Source of the DNA: a virus
IMG/VR virus record: IMGVR_UViG_3300029497_000003
Length of the DNA: 59,081 nucleotides
Reading direction: 5' to 3' (one strand)
Numbering within the stretch: position 1 is the stretch's first letter; each line of letters opens with the position of its first letter. This document shows positions 8,906 to 18,958 of the stretch, piece by piece. The translations under genes and the position numbers were made by a program. The notes under the pieces were generated by a model, which worked only from the letters and a program-made list of their open reading frames with translations, searched no databases and had not been told where the DNA came from.

Positions 8906-9530
8906 TCTCCTTTTCCTCTACAATCTCAACTCTGCCTACTGATACCTCATAAGCTACTCTGTTTTCGATTTTGTCTTCACTTATCTTCTTTGTATAAGGT
9001 CTTGACTGAAACCTACCTGTCATTTCTATATGTGTTCCTACTGGCAAGTGACCGACAAACTTAGCTGTTCTGCCCCAAGTTATGCAAGGTATATAGTCTG
9101 ACTTGCCATATGGTCTGTTAACAGCTATGAGAACATCTGTTATTTCTCTTCCAAGTGGTGTTACTCTGTAATTAGGTTCTTTACAGATAAAGCCTCTAAG
9201 AACTACATCATTATCAAAAGGTGGTTCTGCCTCGTTTTCATATATCTCTATATTTTCAGTAAAGATTGCTAATATCAGCTTACTTTTTTCACCTATATGC
9301 TCATTGTAGCTTCTTATTCTTCCTGTAATCATTACGCAAGCACCTGCTTTTAATTCGTTCATATCTACAATTCTTTCAGATATAAGGACAGGAAGTGTAT
9401 CTACTGCTCCGCTAACCCTGTCAATAGAAATCATCATCTTAAAGAATTTTTCTCCAAAAACTTCGTGATTGAAGACTGGCTCTTCTGCAACTAACCCAAA
9501 AACTGTAATATTGTTATTTCTCTCTTTCAT
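8892..9530 (-). CDS. tandem OB-fold (SSB/PriB-like) protein
   Basis: Two successive segments have an SSB-like pattern (ITVFGLVAEEP...ITGRIRSYN and VVLRGFICKEP...MTGRFQSRPY). Confidence 0.5.
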   Translation of the reverse strand: MKERNNNITVFGLVAEEPVFNHEVFGEKFFKMMISIDRVSGAVDTLPVLISERIVDMNELKAGACVMITGRIRSYNEHIGEKSKLILAIFTENIEIYENEAEPPFDNDVVLRGFICKEPNYRVTPLGREITDVLIAVNRPYGKSDYIPCITWGRTAKFVGHLPVGTHIEMTGRFQSRPYTKKISEDKIENRVAYEVSVGRVEIVEEKENADE

Positions 9531-9763
9531 CTTTAGTTCTCCTCTCTTTTTTCTACAAATCCAACAACTTTACCGCCATCAATAACTGTATACATATCCT
9601 TTTTCTCGTACATATCAATGCAATCTTGTACTGTTATTACTTTCTCGTTTACCTGTTTCATATTGTTCTTTCCTTTCTTCTACATTAGTTCTTATTGTTG
9701 CAATAACGGCACAAACTGTTGTGAGTATTATGCCGAATATTATTCCTGCTATAAAACCTAGTA

Positions 9764-10045
9764 TCATAGCTTATATCTCTCTTTCATTATCATAGGCAGT
9801 TCGTAGCAGTCGATATAATCGTGAGTGTCTGCTATGTACTTCTTTTTCAGTTCACTCAAACCACACCCGAATTCGTGCCTTAACTGCCCTAAAATGTCAT
9901 TTACAACTACTCTTCTTAAGAGTTCACAATGCTTATTTCTTCCTAAGAGGTAACTTGTTCTTCTGCCAATGTGTGCCAGGATTTCAAGCTTTTCTACCTC
10001 ATTAATCTGCTCTCTTTCGCCTTTTTCAGAAATAATAAATATCAA
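9764..10045 (-). CDS. hypothetical protein
   Basis: 93 aa ORF. Confidence 0.5.
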   Translation of the reverse strand: MIFIISEKGEREQINEVEKLEILAHIGRRTSYLLGRNKHCELLRRVVVNDILGQLRHEFGCGLSELKKKYIADTHDYIDCYELPMIMKERYKL

Positions 10046-10062
10046 TCTGCTAAAACTCCTTT

Positions 10063-10254
10063 CTAATTAATAAGCTGAAATATCATTTGCGCAATAAATA
10101 ATATTGCTGATAAAATCCATAAATATTCAGCTATCTTGCTGTCTCTCTTTGCTTTCTTGTATGCCGCAATAGAGACTTCTAACTTGTTTCTTTCCGCTAT
10201 CATTCCCTCTACTGATATGCTATATTGTGGTGTTGCTTGTACTTCCTTTTCCAT
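10063..10254 (-). CDS. hypothetical small membrane protein
   Basis: 63 aa with a C-terminal hydrophobic helix (YLWILSAILFIAQMIFQLI). Confidence 0.5.
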   Translation of the reverse strand: MEKEVQATPQYSISVEGMIAERNKLEVSIAAYKKAKRDSKIAEYLWILSAILFIAQMIFQLIN

Positions 10255-10321
10255 AAACTTCTCCTTATTTTAAAAATTGTGATATAATCCTCTTATCTTT
10301 TTATAGGAAAGAGGTGAAACC

Positions 10322-10528
10322 TTGAAAGACTTCAACGATTTTAAAAAGTTCGTCAATGAAAATGGTGCTAACATTCACTCTTCTATTCATCAAAAAGTTA
10401 TGAAAAGCGCTAATAGCAATAACTTTGCTGATGAGGGTGAAAAGCACGAATTCATTAGACGTGCGTGGGTTGAAATTGGTGTTATGGAAATGCTGGAACA
10501 TTACCATAACTGGCTCAATCAAGATTAA
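10322..10528 (+). CDS. hypothetical protein, the only plus-strand gene inside the early operon
   Basis: TTG start 5 nt after AAGAGGTG. Extended -10 (tgtgatataat) at about 10281-10291. The antisense ORF 10301-10549 looks like junk. Confidence 0.5.
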   Translation: MKDFNDFKKFVNENGANIHSSIHQKVMKSANSNNFADEGEKHEFIRRAWVEIGVMEMLEHYHNWLNQD

Positions 10529-10871
10529 AAGCTGATTTGCCAACTTCACCCTGATACTCTTTATCTTCCTTGCTTGTCAGTTTCTTTAAGTTCTCATTCA
10601 GTTCTGCAAGCAAGGAATTTCTCTTTTTCTCAACTTTATTAATTGAATTAAATTCATTATCAATAGCATATGGCTCACCTACCTGCCATTCTCCGTCAAT
10701 AAATGTTATTTCAATAGCAACATTCTTGTTATTGTAGAATTTCATAACAATCACATCTGCCATTGAACCATCATCAGAAACAGCAATCTGTTCATATGCT
10801 TCAAGAAACTTAAAACCCTGTAACATATTAAATTCGTCTATTCTGTCCATATATAATCTCCTTATGCACAA
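10515..10871 (-). CDS. hypothetical protein
   Basis: 118 aa ORF. Confidence 0.55.
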   Translation of the reverse strand: MCIRRLYMDRIDEFNMLQGFKFLEAYEQIAVSDDGSMADVIVMKFYNNKNVAIEITFIDGEWQVGEPYAIDNEFNSINKVEKKRNSLLAELNENLKKLTSKEDKEYQGEVGKSAFNLD

Positions 10872-11659
10872 TATTTCATAGCATATCTCTTAACAATATT
10901 CTCGAATATTGCCTTAAGCTGTGGCTTATCATAAATAACAGCAATCTTAGTTGTTGCCACTTTTATAGCTGTCTTGGTATTACCTGCCTTTTCCATTCTT
11001 GCCACCTTGTTATCCTGTAATCTCTTAAGACTACAATGTGCGGTCATTTCCAACTCGCCGTAAAGCTGATTGTAAAGTGCCTGATAATCAATGCCACTTT
11101 TGATAGATATTTCTCTCACTTTGGCATTAATATCATTCTTCCAATCGCCGATAGGCTCTATGAAAATTTCTTTCATATTGTTAACAGTTGTTTCAACCTT
11201 GGCTATCTGTTCTGCCTGTTTCTTCTGCTCTATCTCTGCCTTGTTCATACTTTCAACAAGCATATTCATAAGTCTAAGCTGTGGTGAAAGCTGTGATACA
11301 TCAATAGCTTTCTGCTTAACTCTTTCTTCTACTGTTGTGAAGTATTCCCTTGCTTCTTCTGCCTTTTCTGAATTACCTTTAACAGATAACTTCTTGGCGA
11401 AATGAGCTGTGAGCTTATAATCATCTCTCTTTACTATGCCACCTGTCGGTGTCTCGACATCTATGTCGAACCGCCAATAATCCTCATTTTCTGTGGCAAA
11501 TTCATTATCTGTAATATTGCTTTTCGCCCACCTTGAAAACTGCCCTTGTGCTAATCCTAAGAAGTTGTACAGTTTTCTTGCTGTTGTCATCCCCTCACTA
11601 TCAATATCAAGGGCAACTTCAATAGGTGTTCTAAGCTCTATCGTCTTGACTTCATTCAT
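10862..11659 (-). CDS. phage antirepressor (AntA/ORF6-type)
   Basis: TTARKLYNFLGL..QFSRWAKSNI and YKLTAHFAKKLS strings typical of antirepressor N- and C-domains. Confidence 0.65.
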   Translation of the reverse strand: MNEVKTIELRTPIEVALDIDSEGMTTARKLYNFLGLAQGQFSRWAKSNITDNEFATENEDYWRFDIDVETPTGGIVKRDDYKLTAHFAKKLSVKGNSEKAEEAREYFTTVEERVKQKAIDVSQLSPQLRLMNMLVESMNKAEIEQKKQAEQIAKVETTVNNMKEIFIEPIGDWKNDINAKVREISIKSGIDYQALYNQLYGELEMTAHCSLKRLQDNKVARMEKAGNTKTAIKVATTKIAVIYDKPQLKAIFENIVKRYAMKYCA

Positions 11660-11680
11660 TAGGTTGCTCCTTTCTGAAAG

Positions 11681-11905
11681 TTAAATGTTTTGAACTTCTA
11701 AAGCAAAAAAATAATCCTGTATATCATCTTCTGATAAATCTAATAATTTAATTGCTTTTAAAATTTCAATCTGTTTCCAAGGTCGCTTGCCTGTCATTTT
11801 AAGCGATAAAGTCCTGTCCGAACAGCCAAACGCCTTGGCAAAGTCCGTCTGACTTCCGTACTTTTCAATTATGCGACCTCTTAACTTACTGTAATTAAAA
11901 GCCAT
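11681..11905 (-). CDS. Cro-like HTH regulator
   Basis: LRGRIIEKYGSQTDFAKAFGCSDRTLSLKMTG HTH, divergent from the CI-like gene. Confidence 0.75.
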   Translation of the reverse strand: MAFNYSKLRGRIIEKYGSQTDFAKAFGCSDRTLSLKMTGKRPWKQIEILKAIKLLDLSEDDIQDYFFALEVQNI

Positions 11906-11933
11906 TCCAATTCTTCTCCTTTCTCCGTTTTTT

Positions 11934-12053
11934 GTTCAATGTTTTGAACTAATTGTATAATAGCATTATTAAATTAATATGTCAATAAAAAGTTCAATAT
12001 TTTTTACTTTTTTAGTTTTACATCTTGAACTTTTGTTCAAATAATGGTATATT
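11934..12053. promoter_or_regulatory. Immunity switch: face-to-face promoters and TTGAAC-type operators
   Basis: GTTCAAtgttTTGAAC (11934-11949), TTGAACttttGTTCAA (12025-12040), minus-strand TTGACA-17-TATTAT, plus-strand TTGAAC-17-TATATT. Confidence 0.65.
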
Positions 12054-12078
12054 ATCAACAGAAAGGAGGATAACTAAG

Positions 12079-12450
12079 ATGAAAGAGAATACGTCAGATA
12101 GGCTTAAACAGCTAATGAATGAACGGAAGTTAAAGCAAGTTGATATTTTGAATTTATCATTACCATATTGTAAGAAATACAATATCAAGATGAATAAATC
12201 CGATATTAGCCAGTATGTATCAGGCAAAGTTGAACCTAGCCAAGAAAAGCTAGTTGTCTTAGGAATGGCTTTGAACGTGTCAGAAGCGTGGCTAATGGGA
12301 TTTGATGTTTCACCAATCCGTAAGGATAATTCAAAAGAAGCTGAAAAAGATGTTGATTTACTTTGGAAGTTTTCTATGTTAGAGCAAAGAGATAAAGAAA
12401 CAATATTAGATATGATAGATGTTATGTTATCTCGAAAAGAAAAGAAGTAG
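12079..12450 (+). CDS. CI-like XRE-family repressor
   Basis: ATG after AAAGGAGG. LKQLMNERKLKQVDILN...SDISQYVSGK HTH. Confidence 0.8.
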   Translation: MKENTSDRLKQLMNERKLKQVDILNLSLPYCKKYNIKMNKSDISQYVSGKVEPSQEKLVVLGMALNVSEAWLMGFDVSPIRKDNSKEAEKDVDLLWKFSMLEQRDKETILDMIDVMLSRKEKK

Positions 12451-12454
12451 GGTT

Positions 12455-12580
12455 TTATCCCCACCTCTTCAAGAAATTTTCTATGAATGAATACAGGTAC
12501 TCTAATGTGCCTGTATTTTCTATTTTATTTATGAGTTCTATTAACTTATCTCTGTAATTTTCCTCATTACTGTTATCCAT
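12455..12580 (-). CDS. possible 41-aa ORF downstream of the endolysin
   Basis: My own translation: MDNSNEENYRDKLIELINKIENTGTLEYLYSFIENFLKRWG, GAGGGGAG-type RBS 9 nt upstream. Below the ORF-track size cutoff. Confidence 0.3.
   Translation of the reverse strand: MDNSNEENYRDKLIELINKIENTGTLEYLYSFIENFLKRWG
12491..12520 (+). terminator. intrinsic terminator after the CI-like gene
   Basis: atacagg-N12-cctgtat followed by a T-run. Confidence 0.6.
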
Positions 12581-12803
12581 AAACCTGCACTCCCCTCTCT
12601 TGCCCTTGCACGTTTGATAGCGATACGATTATTATAGAACACACGTTCTATCGTGTCAAGTGTAGCGGCGATATTGCCAACGCCAATCAAACAATATCGC
12701 CTGCCAGAACTTGAAAATGTTTAAGGGTCTTTTCTCAAAGACAAGTTTATTATACATTTATCGTTAGTATATTTCAAACACTTTCGGTCGTGTTATTCTG
12801 ACA

Positions 12804-13925
12804 CTATTCGACAACTAACTGGAACTTGTCGATAGCATTACCCATAACACCTGCATATCCGTCCATTCCGTTAGATGTTTCATCATCTATCTGCTCTGGA
12901 TAGAAGTTGCGGTTGTTGAATACAGATACCATATACTTAGCATACTTCCAAGGCTCACCCTCTGGTGTATAGTAGATGATTTCTACGGCATCTATCGGTG
13001 TTTTCTGGTCGCCTGCAAAGCCGTTGTTGAAATCATTATAATTGAAATCTGTAACATAAGGAAGCCAATCACCGCCCTTTAAGTGAACTCTGTACTTAAC
13101 TGAACCTCTGCTAACCTTGATAATAAGTGCTGTGATAGCTTTATTGTCGCCTGCACCAGCCCAATCTTCTCTGTCCTCTACTTCACCCCACCACCTATCT
13201 GTATAAGCGGCATATGTAGCATATACGTGTTCATCTGTGTTATCCTCTGTATTGTCTTCTTCGCTGTTATCTTCTGTATTATCTTCATCATTATGAAAGC
13301 CATAAAATTCTGATAAGTCGCAAACTCCGTCTACACCGTCAATTCTTGCGCTAGAAGTATACTGCCACCCCGCAAGATAATGGTCGATACTGGGTGTCTT
13401 ATCCGCATTAACATCATCATTTAACTGCATTTCATCATAACCTAAGTAGTAACGTGCAATCCAGAACGGACAATCTAAGTCGCTAGGGTTTGTATAAGGC
13501 TTGATGTAGCTACCATAGAATGATAAGCCAGTATATACGCCAAAGTTATATCCTGCACCCTCAATAACCTCTTTATATGCCTTTATAATGTCGATAAGCT
13601 CTGAACCTAAGTTCTGCATACATTCATCTTCAACGTCCATCCAAACTGTTACCTTACGTCCGTCAAGCACTTCAAGTACTCTCTTAGCCGTTGCAACCGC
13701 TTCTTCTACTGTCAGTGTGTATACATAGTTATATACACCGCAGATATGCACACCTGCTAACTGACAGCCTTTCCAGTTATTTTCAAACTGCTTATCTGGG
13801 TCAAAATCACGTCTGATAACCTTAAGGACAGCGTGAGTAAGTCCTGCCGCCTTAACTCTATCCCAGTCAATATCACCATTCCACGCTGAAAAATCTCCAC
13901 ACTTAATCATACTAAAATACCTCAC
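12804..13925 (-). CDS. endolysin, GH25 muramidase with acidic repeat linker and C-terminal binding domain
   Basis: GDFSAWNGDIDWDRVKAAGLTHAVLKV GH25 N-terminus; DNTEDNSEEDNTEDNTDE linker. Confidence 0.8.
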   Translation of the reverse strand: MRYFSMIKCGDFSAWNGDIDWDRVKAAGLTHAVLKVIRRDFDPDKQFENNWKGCQLAGVHICGVYNYVYTLTVEEAVATAKRVLEVLDGRKVTVWMDVEDECMQNLGSELIDIIKAYKEVIEGAGYNFGVYTGLSFYGSYIKPYTNPSDLDCPFWIARYYLGYDEMQLNDDVNADKTPSIDHYLAGWQYTSSARIDGVDGVCDLSEFYGFHNDEDNTEDNSEEDNTEDNTDEHVYATYAAYTDRWWGEVEDREDWAGAGDNKAITALIIKVSRGSVKYRVHLKGGDWLPYVTDFNYNDFNNGFAGDQKTPIDAVEIIYYTPEGEPWKYAKYMVSVFNNRNFYPEQIDDETSNGMDGYAGVMGNAIDKFQLVVE

Positions 13926-14211
13926 TTTCTACTGTTCCTGTTATATTTATATCTGAACTAACTATGTTATCTTCTGTGCTGTATGTTGCCTTGTAAGTGT
14001 TTTTAACACCATCAAGAAAGCTCTTAAGCTCACCATCTAGTGCTGTATCATTTGCTAAGTATGCCGCAAAATCATTGAAGCTAGCTGACATACTAACTGT
14101 GCCACTTTCGCTTATTGTGGCTGACAGATAAGCTACCTGCTTAAGTGTTCCGTCTGAATTTTGAACAGATAATGTTCCGTTCTTCTGAATTGATGAGTTG
14201 ATGTCTAACAT
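13912..14211 (-). CDS. hypothetical protein (no TM segment; not an obvious holin)
   Basis: 99 aa S/T-rich ORF. Confidence 0.5.
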   Translation of the reverse strand: MLDINSSIQKNGTLSVQNSDGTLKQVAYLSATISESGTVSMSASFNDFAAYLANDTALDGELKSFLDGVKNTYKATYSTEDNIVSSDINITGTVESEVF

Positions 14212-14235
14212 TGTGTTTTACCTCCTAATTTGTAT

Positions 14236-14261
14236 TAAAAAAGGACACCCGAAGATGTCCT
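14236..14261 (-). terminator. intrinsic terminator after the tail fibre gene
   Basis: Minus strand: aggacatcttcgggtgtcct followed by tttttt. Confidence 0.7.
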
Positions 14262-17200
14262 TAATTACTTAATTGCTTTTCCAATTTTTTAATTCGCATA
14301 TTCTGTGATTGTACAGTTGCAACCAAATCCGCTATTAATTCATCATAACGTAATGCATATCTTGCTGTTAATTCTTTAGTTGTGTTTCCGTCTTCATCCG
14401 AAACTTGTATCTCGTAGTTATCGTCATTAACTTTTTTATCTATAAATAACCCCCAATCGCTATCGCCCATTTTTTCTTTAACTTCTTGTGCAATAAAGCC
14501 GTGGTGCAATCGGTTGGAAGTACCATCTTTCATCCTAAATTCGCTTGGAATTAAGCTATATATAAAGTCAGCAGTCCGTTCTATTTCTAATGCCTTAATA
14601 TCTTTTTTTACATTTCTGTCGGAGTCCGAAGCTATTGTACCAATAAAACCGCCCATTGCAGTAATTGAATACTTAGCAATCATAGAACCCATTAAAGAAA
14701 CTTCTGTCTGTGAGTAAAAATTTTTAGAAGTATCATTATTATAAATTCTAACATTTGTTGCAACTTGCGTATCCGAATTAGGATTGTTGCAATAAAAGTT
14801 TGCAATTTGAGGATTACCATCATTGCCTACATTAAGACCTTTAATTGCAAATAGATTACCATAAACACTCAAATCTTGAGTTAGCATATTGCCATTGCCG
14901 TAAACAGTCCACAGAGGAGAGAGTTTTTGCGGATTATTCCCTGCTTGAATTCCTTTTTGAATAGAATATATCCAAGTATTATCGCCGGAATTTTGCTGAT
15001 AAGGTGATATCCACACGCGTCTTAAGTATCCATCATTTGCCAAAGTGTCCGCTTGCAAATATCCTTTGATGTTCCAATCTCCAATTTTTCCGCTTGTTAA
15101 ATATCCAGTTCCAGTTATAATAGCGTTGCTTGCATACATCAATCCATCTGCTCGAACATACCATTTTTCTTTCCAATTTTCTGATATTGAACTTCCTTCA
15201 TTTGTTAATGTAGCGAATACCCAGTCCGTTCCTTTTGATGGAGTTGTCATACCTGCCCAATACTTGCTATCTGACGTAGTAGAATTAATAGAATTATTAG
15301 CTATATTCCACTGCGCAATCTTTCCATAATTCGCAATTATATTATTACTTGTTATTGTTCCGTCAGCAGTAATGCTAGTGTTCGTACTGCTTAACGTAAA
15401 CCTGTTACCGCTTAAGTTAAGACCGCCCCTTGCAGTAATATTTATTGTATCTGCAATAGCCTCTATAGCACTCTTAAGCTCACCTGTTGCTGGGTCTTTC
15501 TTGATGTATGCTTCAAGGCTTGCAGTAGTAGCATAGCTTTTAAGGCTTTTCTTTGTAGCGTAATTATTAGACACTTCCAGCTTAATGCTATTGCTTTCCT
15601 TGGTTATTGCTTGTGTTATAGCGTTATTCATAGCTTCTGTAGTGCTATAGCCTGTAAGAGTATTCTTTGTTACATAGGTTGTGGAAATTTCACTCTTGAT
15701 ACTATTGCTCTCTGCATTAACTGCTTGTGTAATAGCATTATTCATCTGTGTTGTTGTACTGTAATTATCTGTCAGATTTTTCTTTGTCTGTGTCAATTCT
15801 GTTGATATGCTATTAAGATTAATCTTAAGGCTAGCGTTCTGATTAAGCATATAAGCTAATTGCGTGTTAGATACCTCTTTCCAGCCCCAATTGCCTTTAT
15901 CATCTTTAACCCAACGCCAAGTTTTTTGAGCTGTTTCGTTGTATGCTATTGCTCCGTGATGTTTAGCATATTCATCATTGCTGTAAGTCCATGTAAGATT
16001 ATCACATGGAAATAAATCATCTGACGGATAAATGGGTATAAACCAGTCAACAGCTGGATAATTATCTTTGTTAGGTGTTTCTGTTACTGTATACACCATA
16101 AAATTATCGTTCGTTTGTTTGTATAAGTCAGATAACGTAATTTCGTAGCTATCTAACTTCTGATTAACAGTAGAAAACTTAGTCTGAATGCTTTCAGTAT
16201 CAACATTGCTAGTCCACCACAGTTTGTTAGTGATAAAATCACTAGCAACTTTCATCATACCGCCCCATTGCGTGTAATCCTTGTCAGCGCCAGTCTTGAT
16301 AGCTTGCATAATAACATTAAGTGTCTGTCCCTCGTTGTCCAGATAAATTTTATTGCTCTTAAGTGTATGTGTGTTATCGTTATTGATAACATTGAATAGC
16401 GTTTCAATATCTAACTTGCTTGCATTGATATTAGCATTATCTTGAACAACATCATCACGAACAACTTTTCTTGTAACGCCTTTTTCAGTAAGTCCTAAGG
16501 CATCAAACATAAGATTGCCAGCTTTATCCCAAACATACATATTGTAGTCTGAATTAGCGTCTTTACCTATTTGAACTCTTATTCTGTCAGTATCTTTGAT
16601 GATGATTGTATTGTCTTGCCAATAAGACATTCCATTTTCGCTATGAACCTTAAATTTAGTAGTGTTAAGGTCAAGTGCTGTAATCTTGCTCGCGGCTATG
16701 CTGTCAATCATAGCATCCTTAATCTGTGCATTGCCAATAACACTTACAACTGCATTAGCAAATTCTGTTGTTAAGCTTTTACCTGTCGCAGAACCAAACA
16801 TTAAAGTCTTAATGTCTGCTACGTCTGCGTTTAATACACCTACATGTGCATAATCTGCCTGTAACTTAGCAATATTAGCTTCATTAATCGTTGCCTTATT
16901 TGCTGTTAAAGTAACAATAGTTGCTGTGACAGCTTCAATCTTATTAGCTTTTAGTTGGTCGATATACGCTTGATGTGCTTTTAAGTTCTCAATATTAGCC
17001 TTAGTTATATCAGCATTTTCAATAACCGCCTTGTTAATTAAGACTAAATCGGCGTAGTATCGTTCCATCTGCTTGGTTATTGGACCGCTAGCGATATTAC
17101 TGTTTTCCGTGTCAGATTGTCCGATAGATGTAACAGTATCCATTAAGCCACCGTCACATTCGTGCTCAATCTGCATTATAGGTACTTTGTAATCAACGCC

Positions 17201-18082
17201 GCCCTTATTAACAGTTATAATGTCGCCTACCTCTAATCGCCAATCGCCTAAAAATTTAACTGTAAGTGGTCTGAACTGAAAGCCGCCTATCTTGTTATAA
17301 ATCTCATTTAAGTTAGCTTGTGTCATAAACGGATTAGCAAAGCTAAGTCCTGTTGTTCCGTCGCCGGCGGTTATTTCACTTGTTTTACTATCGCCAGACT
17401 TTGTATTATTACAAGTCAGTTTTCTTATCGTAAAATCCTTGCTAGTAGTAAAAGTAACCCCTTGCTGATAGTATTGGTGTCCGTCAAGCACGTAGCCGCT
17501 ATCCTTATACCATTTAATTTCAAGGTTTCCGTCAGAATTAATAGCCGCATTGCCGCCTTGTAACGTAGCCATGTAACCAATCATTTCTCTCATTGTATAG
17601 CCTTGTGGCTTATCTGTAATTGTATGTGTGCTTGTTATACTAGTTGCTAACTGCATGCCTAACTTTGTACAGATTTCCTCTAAAATAGCTTTATCTGTGC
17701 TAGGATAAGTCAATTCGGAAAAATAACCTTTTTCAGCTTTGTACATCTTGTCATAAGCTGTGTACTTAGTGTATTCGCCGTTGCTTTCTTCTTTTGTTAC
17801 AGTAAATATGCCTATCTGTACATACTCAATTCCGCTATTGTCCTTAACACCCTCAAAAATAGTTATGTCCTTATTTTCAAGTGTGATTTCTGGATTATAA
17901 ATAGAAAAGGTAACACTACTACTGCAAGTGTTACCTATGGAAATGCTATTATTCGGATTGATTATATTGCTGTACTTAAACTCATTAAGTGTCTGATTGT
18001 ATTCTTTTCCGTCAACTGTATACTTGCTGTAATATCTTGCATACAGTAAGTTGAAGTTCGCACCCCAATTGATATTTTTCAT
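14261..18082 (-). CDS. tail-associated protein / tail fibre with C-terminal intramolecular chaperone (peptidase S74-type)
   Basis: 1273 aa. C-terminus SDRNVKKDI...HHGFIAQEV...RYDELIADLV is typical of endosialidase-chaperone domains. Internal roughly 33-aa repeats. Confidence 0.75.
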   Translation of the reverse strand: MKNINWGANFNLLYARYYSKYTVDGKEYNQTLNEFKYSNIINPNNSISIGNTCSSSVTFSIYNPEITLENKDITIFEGVKDNSGIEYVQIGIFTVTKEESNGEYTKYTAYDKMYKAEKGYFSELTYPSTDKAILEEICTKLGMQLATSITSTHTITDKPQGYTMREMIGYMATLQGGNAAINSDGNLEIKWYKDSGYVLDGHQYYQQGVTFTTSKDFTIRKLTCNNTKSGDSKTSEITAGDGTTGLSFANPFMTQANLNEIYNKIGGFQFRPLTVKFLGDWRLEVGDIITVNKGGVDYKVPIMQIEHECDGGLMDTVTSIGQSDTENSNIASGPITKQMERYYADLVLINKAVIENADITKANIENLKAHQAYIDQLKANKIEAVTATIVTLTANKATINEANIAKLQADYAHVGVLNADVADIKTLMFGSATGKSLTTEFANAVVSVIGNAQIKDAMIDSIAASKITALDLNTTKFKVHSENGMSYWQDNTIIIKDTDRIRVQIGKDANSDYNMYVWDKAGNLMFDALGLTEKGVTRKVVRDDVVQDNANINASKLDIETLFNVINNDNTHTLKSNKIYLDNEGQTLNVIMQAIKTGADKDYTQWGGMMKVASDFITNKLWWTSNVDTESIQTKFSTVNQKLDSYEITLSDLYKQTNDNFMVYTVTETPNKDNYPAVDWFIPIYPSDDLFPCDNLTWTYSNDEYAKHHGAIAYNETAQKTWRWVKDDKGNWGWKEVSNTQLAYMLNQNASLKINLNSISTELTQTKKNLTDNYSTTTQMNNAITQAVNAESNSIKSEISTTYVTKNTLTGYSTTEAMNNAITQAITKESNSIKLEVSNNYATKKSLKSYATTASLEAYIKKDPATGELKSAIEAIADTINITARGGLNLSGNRFTLSSTNTSITADGTITSNNIIANYGKIAQWNIANNSINSTTSDSKYWAGMTTPSKGTDWVFATLTNEGSSISENWKEKWYVRADGLMYASNAIITGTGYLTSGKIGDWNIKGYLQADTLANDGYLRRVWISPYQQNSGDNTWIYSIQKGIQAGNNPQKLSPLWTVYGNGNMLTQDLSVYGNLFAIKGLNVGNDGNPQIANFYCNNPNSDTQVATNVRIYNNDTSKNFYSQTEVSLMGSMIAKYSITAMGGFIGTIASDSDRNVKKDIKALEIERTADFIYSLIPSEFRMKDGTSNRLHHGFIAQEVKEKMGDSDWGLFIDKKVNDDNYEIQVSDEDGNTTKELTARYALRYDELIADLVATVQSQNMRIKKLEKQLSN

Positions 18083-18107
18083 ATATTGGATTGCCCCTTT
18101 CTGCTGA

Positions 18108-18434
18108 TTAATCGTTAATCATAAAGCTAAGCGCAATAATCTGTGCTGGCTCAATAGCTTCACAGCTATCAAATGCACTTATGTTAACTTTCGTGCATTC
18201 AAGCACTTCTATTTCCTGTTCTCCTAGTTCGTCAAGCTCTGATTTTGTTTTATTGCTATCCTCTTTATTTTCTTTGCGTATCTTTTCTATCGTTTCTACA
18301 ACTGCCTTAAAGTGCGGTTCTAATACCTTAATGTTAGACATAATGATAATTGCTAACTTACCACTCATTTTAAGCTGTGCTACGTTTCTTAATGCTTCAT
18401 AATGTGCTAAGACTTCATTTCCTGTTATTTTCAT
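18108..18434 (-). CDS. hypothetical tail-module protein
   Basis: 108 aa ORF. Confidence 0.5.
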   Translation of the reverse strand: MKITGNEVLAHYEALRNVAQLKMSGKLAIIIMSNIKVLEPHFKAVVETIEKIRKENKEDSNKTKSELDELGEQEIEVLECTKVNISAFDSCEAIEPAQIIALSFMIND

Positions 18435-18445
18435 AGTTAATCTCC

Positions 18446-18817
18446 TTATTTCTGAATTAAACTTAATTTTGCTCCGACTATAAGTCCGTCCTCATTCTTC
18501 GCCCTTGTGAGATACGGATATGTCACATCTCCTGTGTATATTGTCATTTCCTTTTGCTGACCGCCTAAGAACAGGACTTGTGCTGTTGGGAATGGGTTAT
18601 TAACATCACTTACTACATCATCAAGTATTTTGGCTTGCTGTCCCGTTAGCGGCGGTAATTGTATCTCTACCTTATCCTTAAGACACACCAACGTACCAAC
18701 CAAATCTCCAACATCATTTCTTCCAGTATTTTTAGACCAAATTTTCGCCCTAGTGTACGTGTAGCCGTTATATGCTACTGGGAATGTAACTCCCTCGATA
18801 ATTACAGCACTTATCAT
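18446..18817 (-). CDS. hypothetical tail-module protein
   Basis: 123 aa ORF. Confidence 0.5.
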   Translation of the reverse strand: MISAVIIEGVTFPVAYNGYTYTRAKIWSKNTGRNDVGDLVGTLVCLKDKVEIQLPPLTGQQAKILDDVVSDVNNPFPTAQVLFLGGQQKEMTIYTGDVTYPYLTRAKNEDGLIVGAKLSLIQK

Positions 18818-18850
18818 TCAATCGCCCCTTTCTATCTAAAAATGGATAAC

Positions 18851-18882
18851 AAAAAAGGAACATATCATCTCTGATACGTTCC
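18851..18882 (-). terminator. intrinsic terminator
   Basis: Minus strand: ggaacgtat-N8-atatgttcc followed by a T-run. Confidence 0.65.
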
Positions 18883-18958
18883 CTTAGTTTTATATATTGT
18901 TGTTTTTAATATTATTTTAAAGGCTCTTAAAATCAAATTAATTTATATTGTTATTCAT

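Noticed and set aside
10301-10549. 82-aa minus-strand ORF filling the gap in the early operon
   Set aside because: It has poor composition and no RBS. The opposite-strand ORF has both a promoter and an RBS. This call is uncertain.
12018-12464. 148-aa minus-strand ORF
   Set aside because: It is antisense to the CI-like repressor, which has a clear HTH and RBS.
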